From contig NZ_SMNA01000013.1 in NCBI RefSeq assembly GCF_004353825.1, positions 1 to 64,000 on the forward strand: DNA of 64,000 nt, written 5' to 3'. The notes beneath the pieces are model-generated. The model was not told where the DNA came from, searched no databases, and saw only the letters and a list, made by a program, of their open reading frames with translations. The translations under genes and the position numbers were made by a program. This DNA is from Occultella glacieicola (GTDB lineage: Bacteria > Actinomycetota > Actinomycetes > Actinomycetales > Beutenbergiaceae). Positions within the stretch are counted from its first letter, which is position 1; each line of letters begins with the position of its first letter. Of the stretch, positions 34,362 through 43,582 are shown in pieces.

Positions 34362-35993
34362 ATGAGAACGGCACGAAAGACACTGACCGCGGTCGCCGCG
34401 GTCGCGATCGGCGGGCTCGTGCTCGCCGGCTGCACCTCCGGCGGCGACGACGGTGGCAACGGCGACGCCGACGGTGGCAGCGGCGGCGGCGAGACCCTGC
34501 AGATCCTGGTGCTGAAGCACCCGCTCACCGGTCCGATGGCGGACATGGACTGGGTCAGCCAGCTCGAGGAGCTCGCCGACGTGACCATCGAATGGGAGGA
34601 GGTGTCCGCCGACTGGGACCAGAAGAAGTCCACCATGCTCGCCGCCGGGGACATCCCCGACCTCGTGGTCGGCGTCAACGCGATCACCGACTCGGACCTG
34701 GTCACGTTCAACGGTCTGTTCGAGGACCTCGGTGACGACCTGGACGCGCTGCCCAACGTGCAGGGCATGTTCGAGGCGGTCCCGGAGACCGAGGTGATGG
34801 CCACCCAGCCGGACGGCGCGGTGTTCTCCCTGCCCAGCTACCGCAGGTTCTGGCCGCAGACCGCGACCCGCCAGTACATCAACCAGCAGTGGCTGGACAA
34901 CCTGGGCCTGGAGATGCCGACCACCTGGGACGAGCTGTTCGACGTGCTCAAGGCGTTCAAGGACGAGGACGCGAACGGCAACGGCGACGCGAACGACGAG
35001 ATCCCGATGGACTGGTCACCGACCGGGACCGGCGGCTTCGGCTTCTTCCAGCCGTCCGCGTTCCTGGGCAGCCTGGGCCTGCCGATCACCGGGGGCGGCG
35101 GCTCCGGCTACTTCGTCGAGGACGGCGAGGTCGGCAACTTCTTCACCGACGAGCGCTACCGCGACCTCGTGGAGTTCCTGCACGACTGCTACGCCGAGGG
35201 CCTCATCAGCCAGGAGGTGATGACCCAGGACTACTCCGCCTACCAGTCGGTGGGCCGGGGCAACGGCGACGACGCGACCGTCGGGTTCTCCTGGGGGTGG
35301 ACGGCCTCGGACCGGTTCGGCGCGCAACTCGCCCCCCAGTACGCGGCGACCGCACCGATGGCCGCTCCGGGGGCCGACGCCGCCGACGTGGTCTGGAGCT
35401 ACGACAACTATTCGCTGAACTACGGGCCGAACAGCATCACCATGTCCGCGCAGACCGACGCCCGTGACGCCGCGCTGCGGGTGATCGACGCGTTCTACGA
35501 CCAGGACATCTCCGTGCAGGTGCTCTGGGGCGACATCGGTCCGAACATCGAGGAGACCGGCGACAACGCGTACACGGTGCTCCCGCCAACCGACGCGAAC
35601 TCCGACCCGTCCACCTGGAAGTGGACCACCACCCTGGCGGACAACGGGCCCATGTGGATCCGTGACGACATCGACGTGGTGCTGCCCGCCGACCTGCAGG
35701 AGGCGAACGACCAGGCCGAGCCGCTCGCCGACGCACTGGCCAACGTGGACCCGGTCGCGGACGTGTTCCCGGCGGAGTTCTTCAGCCTGAGCGCCGAGGA
35801 CTCCTCGACGGTCTCCCTGAACAACACCAATTTCCTCGCGATCGCCATGCAGAACTGGGCGACCTGGGTCACCGAGGGCGGCGCCGACGCCGGTTGGGAC
35901 GACTACGTCGCCCAGCTGGAGGCCGCCGGTGTGCCGCAGAACGTGGAGATCTACCAGGGCTACTACGACGAGTACGTCGCCTCCCTGGGCTGA
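34362..35993 (+). CDS. Carbohydrate ABC solute-binding lipoprotein
   Basis: Lipobox LAGC; AAGDIPDL, YINQQWLDNLGLEMPTTWDE, DANGNGDANDEIP. Confidence 0.9.
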   Translation: MRTARKTLTAVAAVAIGGLVLAGCTSGGDDGGNGDADGGSGGGETLQILVLKHPLTGPMADMDWVSQLEELADVTIEWEEVSADWDQKKSTMLAAGDIPDLVVGVNAITDSDLVTFNGLFEDLGDDLDALPNVQGMFEAVPETEVMATQPDGAVFSLPSYRRFWPQTATRQYINQQWLDNLGLEMPTTWDELFDVLKAFKDEDANGNGDANDEIPMDWSPTGTGGFGFFQPSAFLGSLGLPITGGGGSGYFVEDGEVGNFFTDERYRDLVEFLHDCYAEGLISQEVMTQDYSAYQSVGRGNGDDATVGFSWGWTASDRFGAQLAPQYAATAPMAAPGADAADVVWSYDNYSLNYGPNSITMSAQTDARDAALRVIDAFYDQDISVQVLWGDIGPNIEETGDNAYTVLPPTDANSDPSTWKWTTTLADNGPMWIRDDIDVVLPADLQEANDQAEPLADALANVDPVADVFPAEFFSLSAEDSSTVSLNNTNFLAIAMQNWATWVTEGGADAGWDDYVAQLEAAGVPQNVEIYQGYYDEYVASLG

Positions 35994-36000
35994 TCGGTTC

Positions 36001-36034
36001 CCGGGCCCGCCGCCGCTGCAGGTGGCGGGCCCGG
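36001..36034 (+). promoter_or_regulatory. Intercistronic stem-loop after the solute-binding protein gene
   Basis: CCGGGCCCGCCGCC-GCTGCA-GGTGGCGGGCCCGG, 14-bp stem with one G-U pair. Confidence 0.65.
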
Positions 36035-36056
36035 CCAAGCGGTCGAAGGAGACCCG

Positions 36057-37037
36057 ATGACGTTGATAGATCCGGCGCCGGTGAAGATGAGCCGGCGCGC
36101 GAAGACCTCCACGGGAGCGAGTGTGCCCCCCCGCAGGGGACTGCGCCGCCACATCCGGCGGTACTGGCAGCTGTGGGTGATGGCCGCACCGGCCATCGCG
36201 TTCGTGGCCGTGTTCTCCTACATCCCGATGTACGGGATCCAGCTCGCGTTCCGCGAGTTCGACTTCACCGCCGGGCTCACCGGTGGGGAGTGGGTGGGCC
36301 TGAAGTACTTCCGGCAGTTCTTCGAGAGTCCGCAGTTCTGGACGCTCATGCGCAACACGGTCGTGATCAGCGTGACCACCCTGGTGGTCGGGTTCATCGC
36401 CCCGATCGCGCTGGCCCTGCTGGTGAACCAGGTGATCGGCAGGTCGCGCAAGAAGTTCCTGCAGACCGCCACCTACCTGCCGCACTTCATCTCCATCGTG
36501 GTGATCGTCGGCATGCTGCAGGTGTTCCTCTCGCCGACCTCCGGGCTGATCACCCGGTTCCTGGAGGGCCTGGGCCTGACCGGGGTCAACTTCCTCGGCG
36601 ACCCCTCGGCGTTCGTGCCGGTCTACGTCATCTCCGAGGTGTGGCAGCACTGCGGCTGGAACTCGATCATCTACCTGGCCGCCCTGGCCAGCGTGGACAC
36701 CCAGCTCTACGAGGCCGCGAAGATCGACGGCGCCGGCCGGGTGAGCATCGTGCGGCACATCGACTTCCCGGCCCTGATCCCGACGATGATCGTGCTGCTC
36801 ATCCTGAACATGGGCGGGGTGCTGAACGCCGGCTTCGAGAAGATCTTCCTGATGCAGAACCCGCTGAACCTCTCGGTCTCGGAGGTGATCTCGACGTACG
36901 TGTACAAGATCGGGATCCTGTCCAACCAGTTCAGCTACGCGACCGCGATCGGGCTGTTCAACACGGCGATCAACTTCGTGTTCCTGGTGGTCACCAACCA
37001 GATCGCCAAACGCGTCTCGAACACGAGCCTGTGGTGA
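36057..37037 (+). CDS. Carbohydrate ABC permease
   Basis: PMYGIQLAF, WVGLKYF, PHFIS, LYEAAKIDGA, GFEKIFLMQN. Confidence 0.92.
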   Translation: MTLIDPAPVKMSRRAKTSTGASVPPRRGLRRHIRRYWQLWVMAAPAIAFVAVFSYIPMYGIQLAFREFDFTAGLTGGEWVGLKYFRQFFESPQFWTLMRNTVVISVTTLVVGFIAPIALALLVNQVIGRSRKKFLQTATYLPHFISIVVIVGMLQVFLSPTSGLITRFLEGLGLTGVNFLGDPSAFVPVYVISEVWQHCGWNSIIYLAALASVDTQLYEAAKIDGAGRVSIVRHIDFPALIPTMIVLLILNMGGVLNAGFEKIFLMQNPLNLSVSEVISTYVYKIGILSNQFSYATAIGLFNTAINFVFLVVTNQIAKRVSNTSLW

Positions 37038-37042
37038 GAGGA

Positions 37043-37963
37043 ATGACGACCATGCTGACCCGGCTGACCCGGCTGCGGCGCCGCAGTCCCGGTGACATCG
37101 CCTTCACGGTGTTCCTGGGCCTGACCTGTGCCCTCATCCTGTTCATCACCCTGTACCCCGTGTACTTCGTGATGATCGCCTCGATCTCCGACCCGACCCT
37201 GGTGGCCACCGGCCGGGTCTCGTTCTGGCCGCGCGGACTGTCCTCGTTCGGTTACGAGCAGATCTTCGCCGACACCCGCATCTGGACCGGCTACCGGAAC
37301 ACGCTGCTGTACACGGCCGCGGGGACCGCGTTGAACCTGCTGGTGACCCTGCCGGCGGCGTACGCGCTGTCCCGGCGGGAGTTCGCCCCCCGCAAGGTGC
37401 TCATGCTGTTCTTCGCGTTCACCATGTTCTTCAGCGGCGGGCTGATCCCCACCTACCTGCTCTACCGGGACCTCAACCTGCTGGACAACTGGGCCGTGTT
37501 CGTGATCCCGTCCGCGGTGAACGTCTACAACCTGATCATCGCGCGCGCGTTCTTCGAGCACTCCCTGCCGGAGGAGATCTTCGAGGCGGCCACGATCGAC
37601 GGCGCCAACTACTTCCAGTTCTTCCTCAAGATCGCGATCCCGCTGTCCGCGGCGATCATCTCCGTGATCGGCCTGTACTACCTGGTGCAGCACTGGAACG
37701 ACTTCTTCACCGGCCTCGTGTTCGTGCGCACCTACGACAAACAGCCGCTGCAGATCGTGCTCCGGGACATCCTCATCTCCAACCAGGCGTTCGCCGGTGG
37801 TGCGGGTGGTGCCGGCGGCACCGGCGGCAGTTACGCCCAGCAGTACGCGGACCAGATCAAGTACGGCGTGATCGTGGTCTCCACGCTGCCGATCATCGCG
37901 CTGTACCCCTTCCTGCAGCGGTACTTCGAGAAGGGCGTCATGATCGGGTCGGTGAAGGGCTGA
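37043..37963 (+). CDS. Carbohydrate ABC permease
   Basis: FSGGLIPTYL, FEAATIDGA, HWNDFF, YPFLQRYFEKGVMIGSVKG. Confidence 0.92.
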   Translation: MTTMLTRLTRLRRRSPGDIAFTVFLGLTCALILFITLYPVYFVMIASISDPTLVATGRVSFWPRGLSSFGYEQIFADTRIWTGYRNTLLYTAAGTALNLLVTLPAAYALSRREFAPRKVLMLFFAFTMFFSGGLIPTYLLYRDLNLLDNWAVFVIPSAVNVYNLIIARAFFEHSLPEEIFEAATIDGANYFQFFLKIAIPLSAAIISVIGLYYLVQHWNDFFTGLVFVRTYDKQPLQIVLRDILISNQAFAGGAGGAGGTGGSYAQQYADQIKYGVIVVSTLPIIALYPFLQRYFEKGVMIGSVKG

Positions 37964-38625
37964 TGCTGCGGCTGCTCGGCTGGCACACGAGGGCCGGCGA
38001 GGTCGGCCTGCGGCTGCTCCTGCTGAACCTGCTGTGGCTGCTGTACACCCTGCGCGGCGGGATCGTCCTCGGGCTGTTCCCGGCGACTGCCGCCGTGCAT
38101 GCGGTGCTGCGCCGCGACGCGATGGGGCACGACGGCGGAACTCGCCCCGGTCTGCGTGCGGAGTTCGCAGCGGCGTGGCGCAGCGAACTGCGGTCGGCGA
38201 ACGTGATCGGTTACCTGCTCGCCGTGGCCTGGGCGGTACTGCTCACCGAGCATCGCGTCCTGACCGACGGCGGTGCGCAGGGTCTGGCGGCCGGCGTCGC
38301 GGCCGTGCTCTGGTTCGCCGCCGCGTTCCTGTTCGTGGTCAGCGCCGTCGTCTGGATGCTGGCGGTCCATTTCGACGAGGGACCACTGGTCACCCTGCGG
38401 CGCGCCGTGCTCCTCGCGCTGGCCCGGCCGCTGACCGCGCTCGGGGCCGCGGCGATCCTCGCGGTCACGCTGTGCGTCTACTACGTGGTGCCGGGCCTGA
38501 TCCCGGTGTTCGGCGTGGCCGTGCCGGCCATGCTGACCTGCGCCCAACTGTGGCGCAGCGGCGTCCTGCCAGGCCCCGCGCGCCCGGCCCGGCCGGCGCG
38601 GGTGCCGGCACCGTTGAGTCACTGA
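37963..38625 (+). CDS. YesL/DUF624 family membrane protein
   Basis: LNLLWLLYTLRGGIVLGLFPATAA...F...WRSELRSAN; TGATG coupling. Confidence 0.82.
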   Translation: MLRLLGWHTRAGEVGLRLLLLNLLWLLYTLRGGIVLGLFPATAAVHAVLRRDAMGHDGGTRPGLRAEFAAAWRSELRSANVIGYLLAVAWAVLLTEHRVLTDGGAQGLAAGVAAVLWFAAAFLFVVSAVVWMLAVHFDEGPLVTLRRAVLLALARPLTALGAAAILAVTLCVYYVVPGLIPVFGVAVPAMLTCAQLWRSGVLPGPARPARPARVPAPLSH

Positions 38626-38637
38626 GAGGATCCACCG

Positions 38638-40452
38638 TTGGCACAGGTCACCCACGGACCGAACGGCCGCGCCCGGGCGCCGCAGGTGTTGCGGTCGCTC
38701 GGGCACGAGGGGCGGGTCCGGATCGACGGCGGCCCGCTCGCCGAGCGCATCGCCGACGCCACGGCGACCTACCTCGCCATGGAACCGGACGACGTCCTGC
38801 ACGGCTTCCGGGTGGCGGCCGGGCTGGTGTCGCCGGGCACGCCGATGACCGGCTGGTCCTCGGTGACGTCGGAGCCGACATTCGGGCAGTGGGTCAGCGG
38901 GCTCGCCCGCCTGGGCGCCACGACGGGCAACCGGGCGGCGCGCGAGCGGGCGGTCGAGCTGGTCGACGGTTTCGCGGCCACGGTCGGCGTCGATGGCGAC
39001 ACCCGGATGTCCCTCTACGGCTACGAGAAGCTCCTGTGCGGGCTCGTCGATACGTACACGTTCGCCGGGCACGAGGGCGCGCTGACGCTGCTGGAACGGA
39101 CCGTGCCGTGGGCCGAGCGGACGTTCGACCGGGCCCGCCCGACGCCGTCGGCCCACAACTTCGCGGGCGGCCACATCGGGCCGACCGGTCATGCCCGCAC
39201 CATCGAGTGGTACACCCTCGCCGAGAACCTCCATCGCGCCTGGCTGGCCGGCGCCGGCGACCGGGTCGGGGACTTCGCGCGGCTGTGGCACTACGACGCC
39301 TACTGGGACCGCTTCCTGGAGGAACCGGGACCGGGGCGGCCGTGGCCCGTGCCCACCTGGCTGCACGCCTACTCGCACCTGAACACCTTCGCCTCGGCCG
39401 CCGCCGCGTACGAGGCGACCGGACAGCACCGGTACCTGCAGATCGTGCGCAACGCGCACACCTACTTCACCGCGACCCAGACCTACGCGACCGGCGGCTT
39501 CGGTCCCAGCGAGTTCACGCTTCCGGAGGACGGCTCGCTCGGGCGCAGCCTGGAGTGGCGCACCGACACCGCCGAGATCGTCTGCGGGTCGTGGGCGGCC
39601 CTGAAGGTCTGCGCGGCCCTGCTGCGGTTCACGGGGGAGGCCCGCTACGGCGACTGGGTGGAGCAGCTCCTGTACTCCGGCGTGGGCGCGGTGACGCCGG
39701 TCCGGCCCGGCGGTCGGAGCCCGTACTACCAGGACTACCGGCTCGGGACCGCCACCAAGCTGCCCCACTGGGACGACTGGCCGTGCTGCTCCGGTACCTA
39801 CCTCCAGTGCGTGGCGGACCTGCCCGACTTCGTCTACCACGCGAGCGAGGACGGCCTGGCCGTGCTGCTCTACGTGCCGTCGTCCGTCTCGTGGGAGCAC
39901 GACGGCCGCGAGTTCGGCCTCACCCAGGAGACCGACTTCCCACGGACCGACACCGCACGGCTGGTCCTGCGCGGCGCGGGACGACTCGCGCTGCGGCTGC
40001 GCGTCCCCTCCTGGAGCAACGGGTTCCGGACGGCGGTGAACGGCGAGACTGTGCCGACTGTGCCGACTGTGGCGACGCCGGGCCAGTGGCTGGTCATCGA
40101 CCGGGACTGGGCCGACGGCGACGTCGTCGAGGTCACCCTCGGCGCCGGCCTGCGGGTGCTCCCGGTCGACGACCGGCACCCGAACCGGGTCGCCTTCGCG
40201 CACGGCCCGGTGGTGCTGGCGCAGAAGGCGGACTGGACCATGCCGATCTCCCTGCCGACGCCGTGGGAGATGGTCGACCTCGACGAGGCGCTCGTGCGGC
40301 AGGACGCCGGGAACGGCGACGGTCCGCGCTACCGGCCGGTCGGCGTCGGCACCGCGCGGCTGCCGCTCGGCGACCTGCGTCCCCTGTCCGAGATCGCCGA
40401 GCGCACGCCGCACCGGGTGTACTTCGACCTCGACGACCCGCGGATCGTCTGA
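38638..40452 (+). CDS. GH127/GH146-like (DUF1680) cysteine glycosidase, divergent subfamily
   Basis: HAYSH, YATGGFGPSE, AEIVCGSWAALK, YGDWVEQLLY, WPCCSGT, LRLRVPSW, GPVVLA. Confidence 0.82.
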   Translation: MAQVTHGPNGRARAPQVLRSLGHEGRVRIDGGPLAERIADATATYLAMEPDDVLHGFRVAAGLVSPGTPMTGWSSVTSEPTFGQWVSGLARLGATTGNRAARERAVELVDGFAATVGVDGDTRMSLYGYEKLLCGLVDTYTFAGHEGALTLLERTVPWAERTFDRARPTPSAHNFAGGHIGPTGHARTIEWYTLAENLHRAWLAGAGDRVGDFARLWHYDAYWDRFLEEPGPGRPWPVPTWLHAYSHLNTFASAAAAYEATGQHRYLQIVRNAHTYFTATQTYATGGFGPSEFTLPEDGSLGRSLEWRTDTAEIVCGSWAALKVCAALLRFTGEARYGDWVEQLLYSGVGAVTPVRPGGRSPYYQDYRLGTATKLPHWDDWPCCSGTYLQCVADLPDFVYHASEDGLAVLLYVPSSVSWEHDGREFGLTQETDFPRTDTARLVLRGAGRLALRLRVPSWSNGFRTAVNGETVPTVPTVATPGQWLVIDRDWADGDVVEVTLGAGLRVLPVDDRHPNRVAFAHGPVVLAQKADWTMPISLPTPWEMVDLDEALVRQDAGNGDGPRYRPVGVGTARLPLGDLRPLSEIAERTPHRVYFDLDDPRIV

Positions 40453-40524
40453 ACGCACGCCCTCCGGACCCCGGTCCACCCGGTGCGGCCCGGCGGGCAA
40501 CCGCGCGAACCTCGACGTAACTGA

Positions 40525-40554
40525 TTGACCCTAGTCTGACGATCTGTGTAGCGT
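40525..40554 (+). promoter_or_regulatory. Putative promoter of the namZ operon
   Basis: TTGACC, 18 nt spacer, TAGCGT, in an AT-enriched intergenic region. Confidence 0.55.
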
Positions 40555-40575
40555 ACTTACATCAGTCGATGACGA

Positions 40576-41766
40576 GTGGGGGAACGGCCAGTGGTCCAGG
40601 TGGACGATGTGGCACGGGTCCGAACGGGCCTGAGCAGAGCGATCGCCGAGCCCGGCCTGATCGGCGACGGCCCCACCGGACTCTGCGCGAACTACACGTC
40701 CGTGACGGCGGACCTGCAGCGCGGTGTCGACGCGCTCCTGGCTGCGGGCGTGCCGCTGACCACGATCTTCACGCCCGAGCACGGCTACTGGGGGGCGGTA
40801 CAGGCGGGTGAGAGCGAGGGCGACGGCGTCGACGTCGCCACCGGGCTGCCGGTCCTGGACACCTACCGCTCGGACGGCGAGCGGCTGGACGCGCTGCTGC
40901 GCGGGTCCGGCGTGGCTCAGATCCTCGTGGACTTCCAGGACATCGGTGTTCGGTTCTACACCTACACCTGGACGCTCTTCGACCTGCTCTGTTCCGCGGC
41001 GCGCACCGGGATCCGCGTCGTGGTGCTCGACCGGCCGAACCCGCTGGGCGGCCTGGTCCGCACCGGGCCCGGCCTCGCGGCGTCCTGCTCGAGCTTCGTG
41101 GGTCGGGTCTCGATCCCGCTCCAGCACGGACTCACCCTCGGCGAGCTCGCGCGCTGGTTCAACGCCGTCCACGTGCCCGAAGCCGTCGGTGGCCCCGCCG
41201 ACCTCGAGGTGATCGAACTCGCCGGCTGGGGCCGGCAGCGCCAGGATCCGGGGCGCGCCTGGGTGATGCCCTCACCGAACATGCCCACGCTCGACACCGC
41301 CACCGTGTTCCCCGCGATCGGCCTGCTGGAGGGAACCGTGCTCTCGGAGGGCCGCGGTACGACGAAGCCGTTCGAGTTGTTCGGTGCCTCGTGGACCGAC
41401 GGACGCCTGGCGGCTGCCCTGACCGAGCGGGACCTGCCCGGCGTCGCCTTCCGCGAGGCCGTCTTCCGCCCCACGTTCAGCAAATGGCACGGCGACGTGG
41501 TGCACGGCGCCCAACTGCACCTGAGTGACCTCGGCGCATTCGACCCGATCGCCACCGGCGTGGCCGTGCTCCAGACGGTCACGGAACTGCACCCCGGGGA
41601 ATCGATCTGGCTGCCTGCGCACCCGGGGCGCCCGCCGTTCATCGATCTCCTCTGGGGCTCGCCGGCCCTGCGTGAGGGCGTCGACCGCGGCGCGGACACG
41701 GACGCGATCCTCGACGACGGCCCGCCGACGCCCACCGTGCCGGCGGACGCGCTCCTCTACACCTGA
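40576..41766 (+). CDS. namZ: Exo-beta-N-acetylmuramidase NamZ (DUF1343/YbbC family)
   Basis: FTPEHG, DFQDIGVRFYTY, VLDRPNPLGG, HGLTLGELA, WVMPSPNMPT, SEGRGTTKPFE. No signal peptide; start uncertain (40576 or 40591). Confidence 0.88.
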   Translation: MGERPVVQVDDVARVRTGLSRAIAEPGLIGDGPTGLCANYTSVTADLQRGVDALLAAGVPLTTIFTPEHGYWGAVQAGESEGDGVDVATGLPVLDTYRSDGERLDALLRGSGVAQILVDFQDIGVRFYTYTWTLFDLLCSAARTGIRVVVLDRPNPLGGLVRTGPGLAASCSSFVGRVSIPLQHGLTLGELARWFNAVHVPEAVGGPADLEVIELAGWGRQRQDPGRAWVMPSPNMPTLDTATVFPAIGLLEGTVLSEGRGTTKPFELFGASWTDGRLAAALTERDLPGVAFREAVFRPTFSKWHGDVVHGAQLHLSDLGAFDPIATGVAVLQTVTELHPGESIWLPAHPGRPPFIDLLWGSPALREGVDRGADTDAILDDGPPTPTVPADALLYT

Positions 41767-41806
41767 CCGGCACGTGCCAAGACCCGAACGAACGAAGGAC
41801 GAACCG

Positions 41807-42502
41807 TTGTCTCCACAGACGATCATGGCCGTGGGCGGTCACATCGGCGACATGGACCTGGCCGCCGGGCCACTGCTCGCGCAGAACGTGCTCGACGGCG
41901 GACGTTCGGTGCTCGTGGCGCTCACCCCGGGCGAGCGCGGGCACCCCAGGATGTCTGCCGATGACTATCGCGACCAGAAGATCGCCGAGGCGCAGGCGTT
42001 CGCGGCCGGGATCGGGGCGGAGGTGGTGGTCTTCGACGACATCTCCGACGGGTTCCTGACCACCGACGACCTGGTCGCCGAACGTCTCGCGGACCTGATC
42101 CGTGAGGTCAGGCCCGCCACGTTGCTCGCCCACTGGCGGCGCAGCATCCACACCGACCACGAGAACGCGTCGATCCTCGCCGAGCGGGCCCGCTTCCTCG
42201 CCGGCCTGCCCGGCTGGAAGGACGAGACCGAGCGCCACGGCGTCGGGCGCCTGCTGTTCACGGAGAACTGGGAAGACGCGACCGGTTTCGACGCCGACCT
42301 GTTCATCGAGATCTCGGCCGAGGCGCACCGGCGCTGGACCGAGGCGATCGGCGGCCAGGCGTTCGCACGCGGCGAGACCTACGGGTTCCGCTACATCGAC
42401 TTCTACACGGCCCAGATGGTCACGCGGGGCTGCCTTGCCGGCGTGCCCCACGCCGTCGCCCTCTCCTCAGGGCCGACTCGGGGGATGTCACCCCTGGACT
42501 GA
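41807..42502 (+). CDS. PIG-L/LmbE-family Zn-dependent de-N-acylase
   Basis: MAVGGHIGDMD (HxxD), LTPGERGH, IREVRP..LLAHW, HTDH. TTG 41807 after GAAGGA. Confidence 0.85.
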   Translation: MSPQTIMAVGGHIGDMDLAAGPLLAQNVLDGGRSVLVALTPGERGHPRMSADDYRDQKIAEAQAFAAGIGAEVVVFDDISDGFLTTDDLVAERLADLIREVRPATLLAHWRRSIHTDHENASILAERARFLAGLPGWKDETERHGVGRLLFTENWEDATGFDADLFIEISAEAHRRWTEAIGGQAFARGETYGFRYIDFYTAQMVTRGCLAGVPHAVALSSGPTRGMSPLD

Positions 42503-42583
42503 GTCGCCCGCCGACGTCGGGAGGCGCCGGCCGCCCTGGCACCGTCAATCAGCACCATCGAACAGATCGGAAAGGTCATTCCC

Positions 42584-43540
42584 TTGCAGGTCTCCTATCG
42601 TGCGCACCGGCCCGGCGATGCCGCCCGGCTCGCCGAGCTCACCGCCCTCGCGATGCCACGCGATGCGGTCAGTGAGGACTGGTTCACCGACACCGTCCTG
42701 CTCGACCCGAACTTCGACCCGGACGGGCTGATCGTCGCCGTGGACCCGGAGACGGGACGCCCGCACGGTTTCGTCTACGCGGTGCGCGCCGGCCGGGGGA
42801 TAGGCCCCGATCCCGACGGCGGCTGGATCACGATCGGCTGCGTGCACCCCGAAGCCCGCGGCCAGGGCATCGGGACCGAACTGGTGCGGCGGGCCGGCGC
42901 GTTCCTCGCCGGCAAGGGTGCGCACTGGGTCAACTTCGCGGCCTACCCGCTCGCCTACTTCGTGCCCGGCCTGGACTCGGCGGCCTATCCGGACGCCGCC
43001 CGGCTGTTCGAGCGGGCCGGCTTCCGGCGGCTGTACACGGCCGCGGCGATGAGCCTCGATCTGGCCGAATACGCGACCCCCGCCGAGGTGCGGGACCTGC
43101 GTGCCGCCCGGGTCGCGGAGGGCTATTCTTTCGCGACCGCCGGGCCGGACGATCTGCCCGAGGTGATCTCCTTCGCCGCGCAGCGGCTGGCACCGGACTG
43201 GGGTGAGGCGGTCCGGGACTCGGTCCTGCAGCACGGCCGGATCGACCGGGTGCTCCTGGCGCGCCACCCCGAGGGCTCCGTCGTCGGGTTCGCCACCTAC
43301 GGCGCCTACCGCGGCCTGCGGGAACGGTTCGGGCCCTACGGCGTGGACGAGACCTGCCGCGGCACCGGTCTGGGCAAGATCCTGCTGCACGAGACCCTCA
43401 CCCGGATGCGCGCCGAAGGTGCCCAGAGCGCCTGGTTCCTGTGGACCGGTGAGAACTCACCCGCCGGGCACCTCTACCTCCGGTCCGGCTTCCGGGTCAC
43501 CCGGCGCTTCGACGTGCTCCGCGCCGACCTGGACCACTGA
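42584..43540 (+). CDS. Tandem-domain GNAT N-acetyltransferase (GlmA-like)
   Basis: Two acetyl-CoA motifs: VHPEARGQGIGTEL and FGPYGVDETCRGTGLGKILL; YFVPGLD and LYLRSGF. Confidence 0.85.
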   Translation: MQVSYRAHRPGDAARLAELTALAMPRDAVSEDWFTDTVLLDPNFDPDGLIVAVDPETGRPHGFVYAVRAGRGIGPDPDGGWITIGCVHPEARGQGIGTELVRRAGAFLAGKGAHWVNFAAYPLAYFVPGLDSAAYPDAARLFERAGFRRLYTAAAMSLDLAEYATPAEVRDLRAARVAEGYSFATAGPDDLPEVISFAAQRLAPDWGEAVRDSVLQHGRIDRVLLARHPEGSVVGFATYGAYRGLRERFGPYGVDETCRGTGLGKILLHETLTRMRAEGAQSAWFLWTGENSPAGHLYLRSGFRVTRRFDVLRADLDH

Positions 43541-43582
43541 GCCCCGTCCATCCCCTGCTCCACCCCATCGAAAGGTCACCAC

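Noticed and set aside
40047..40073. In-frame 9-bp repeat GACTGTGCC x3 (TVP-TVP-TVA)
   Set aside because: Frame-preserving loop expansion that cannot switch phase.
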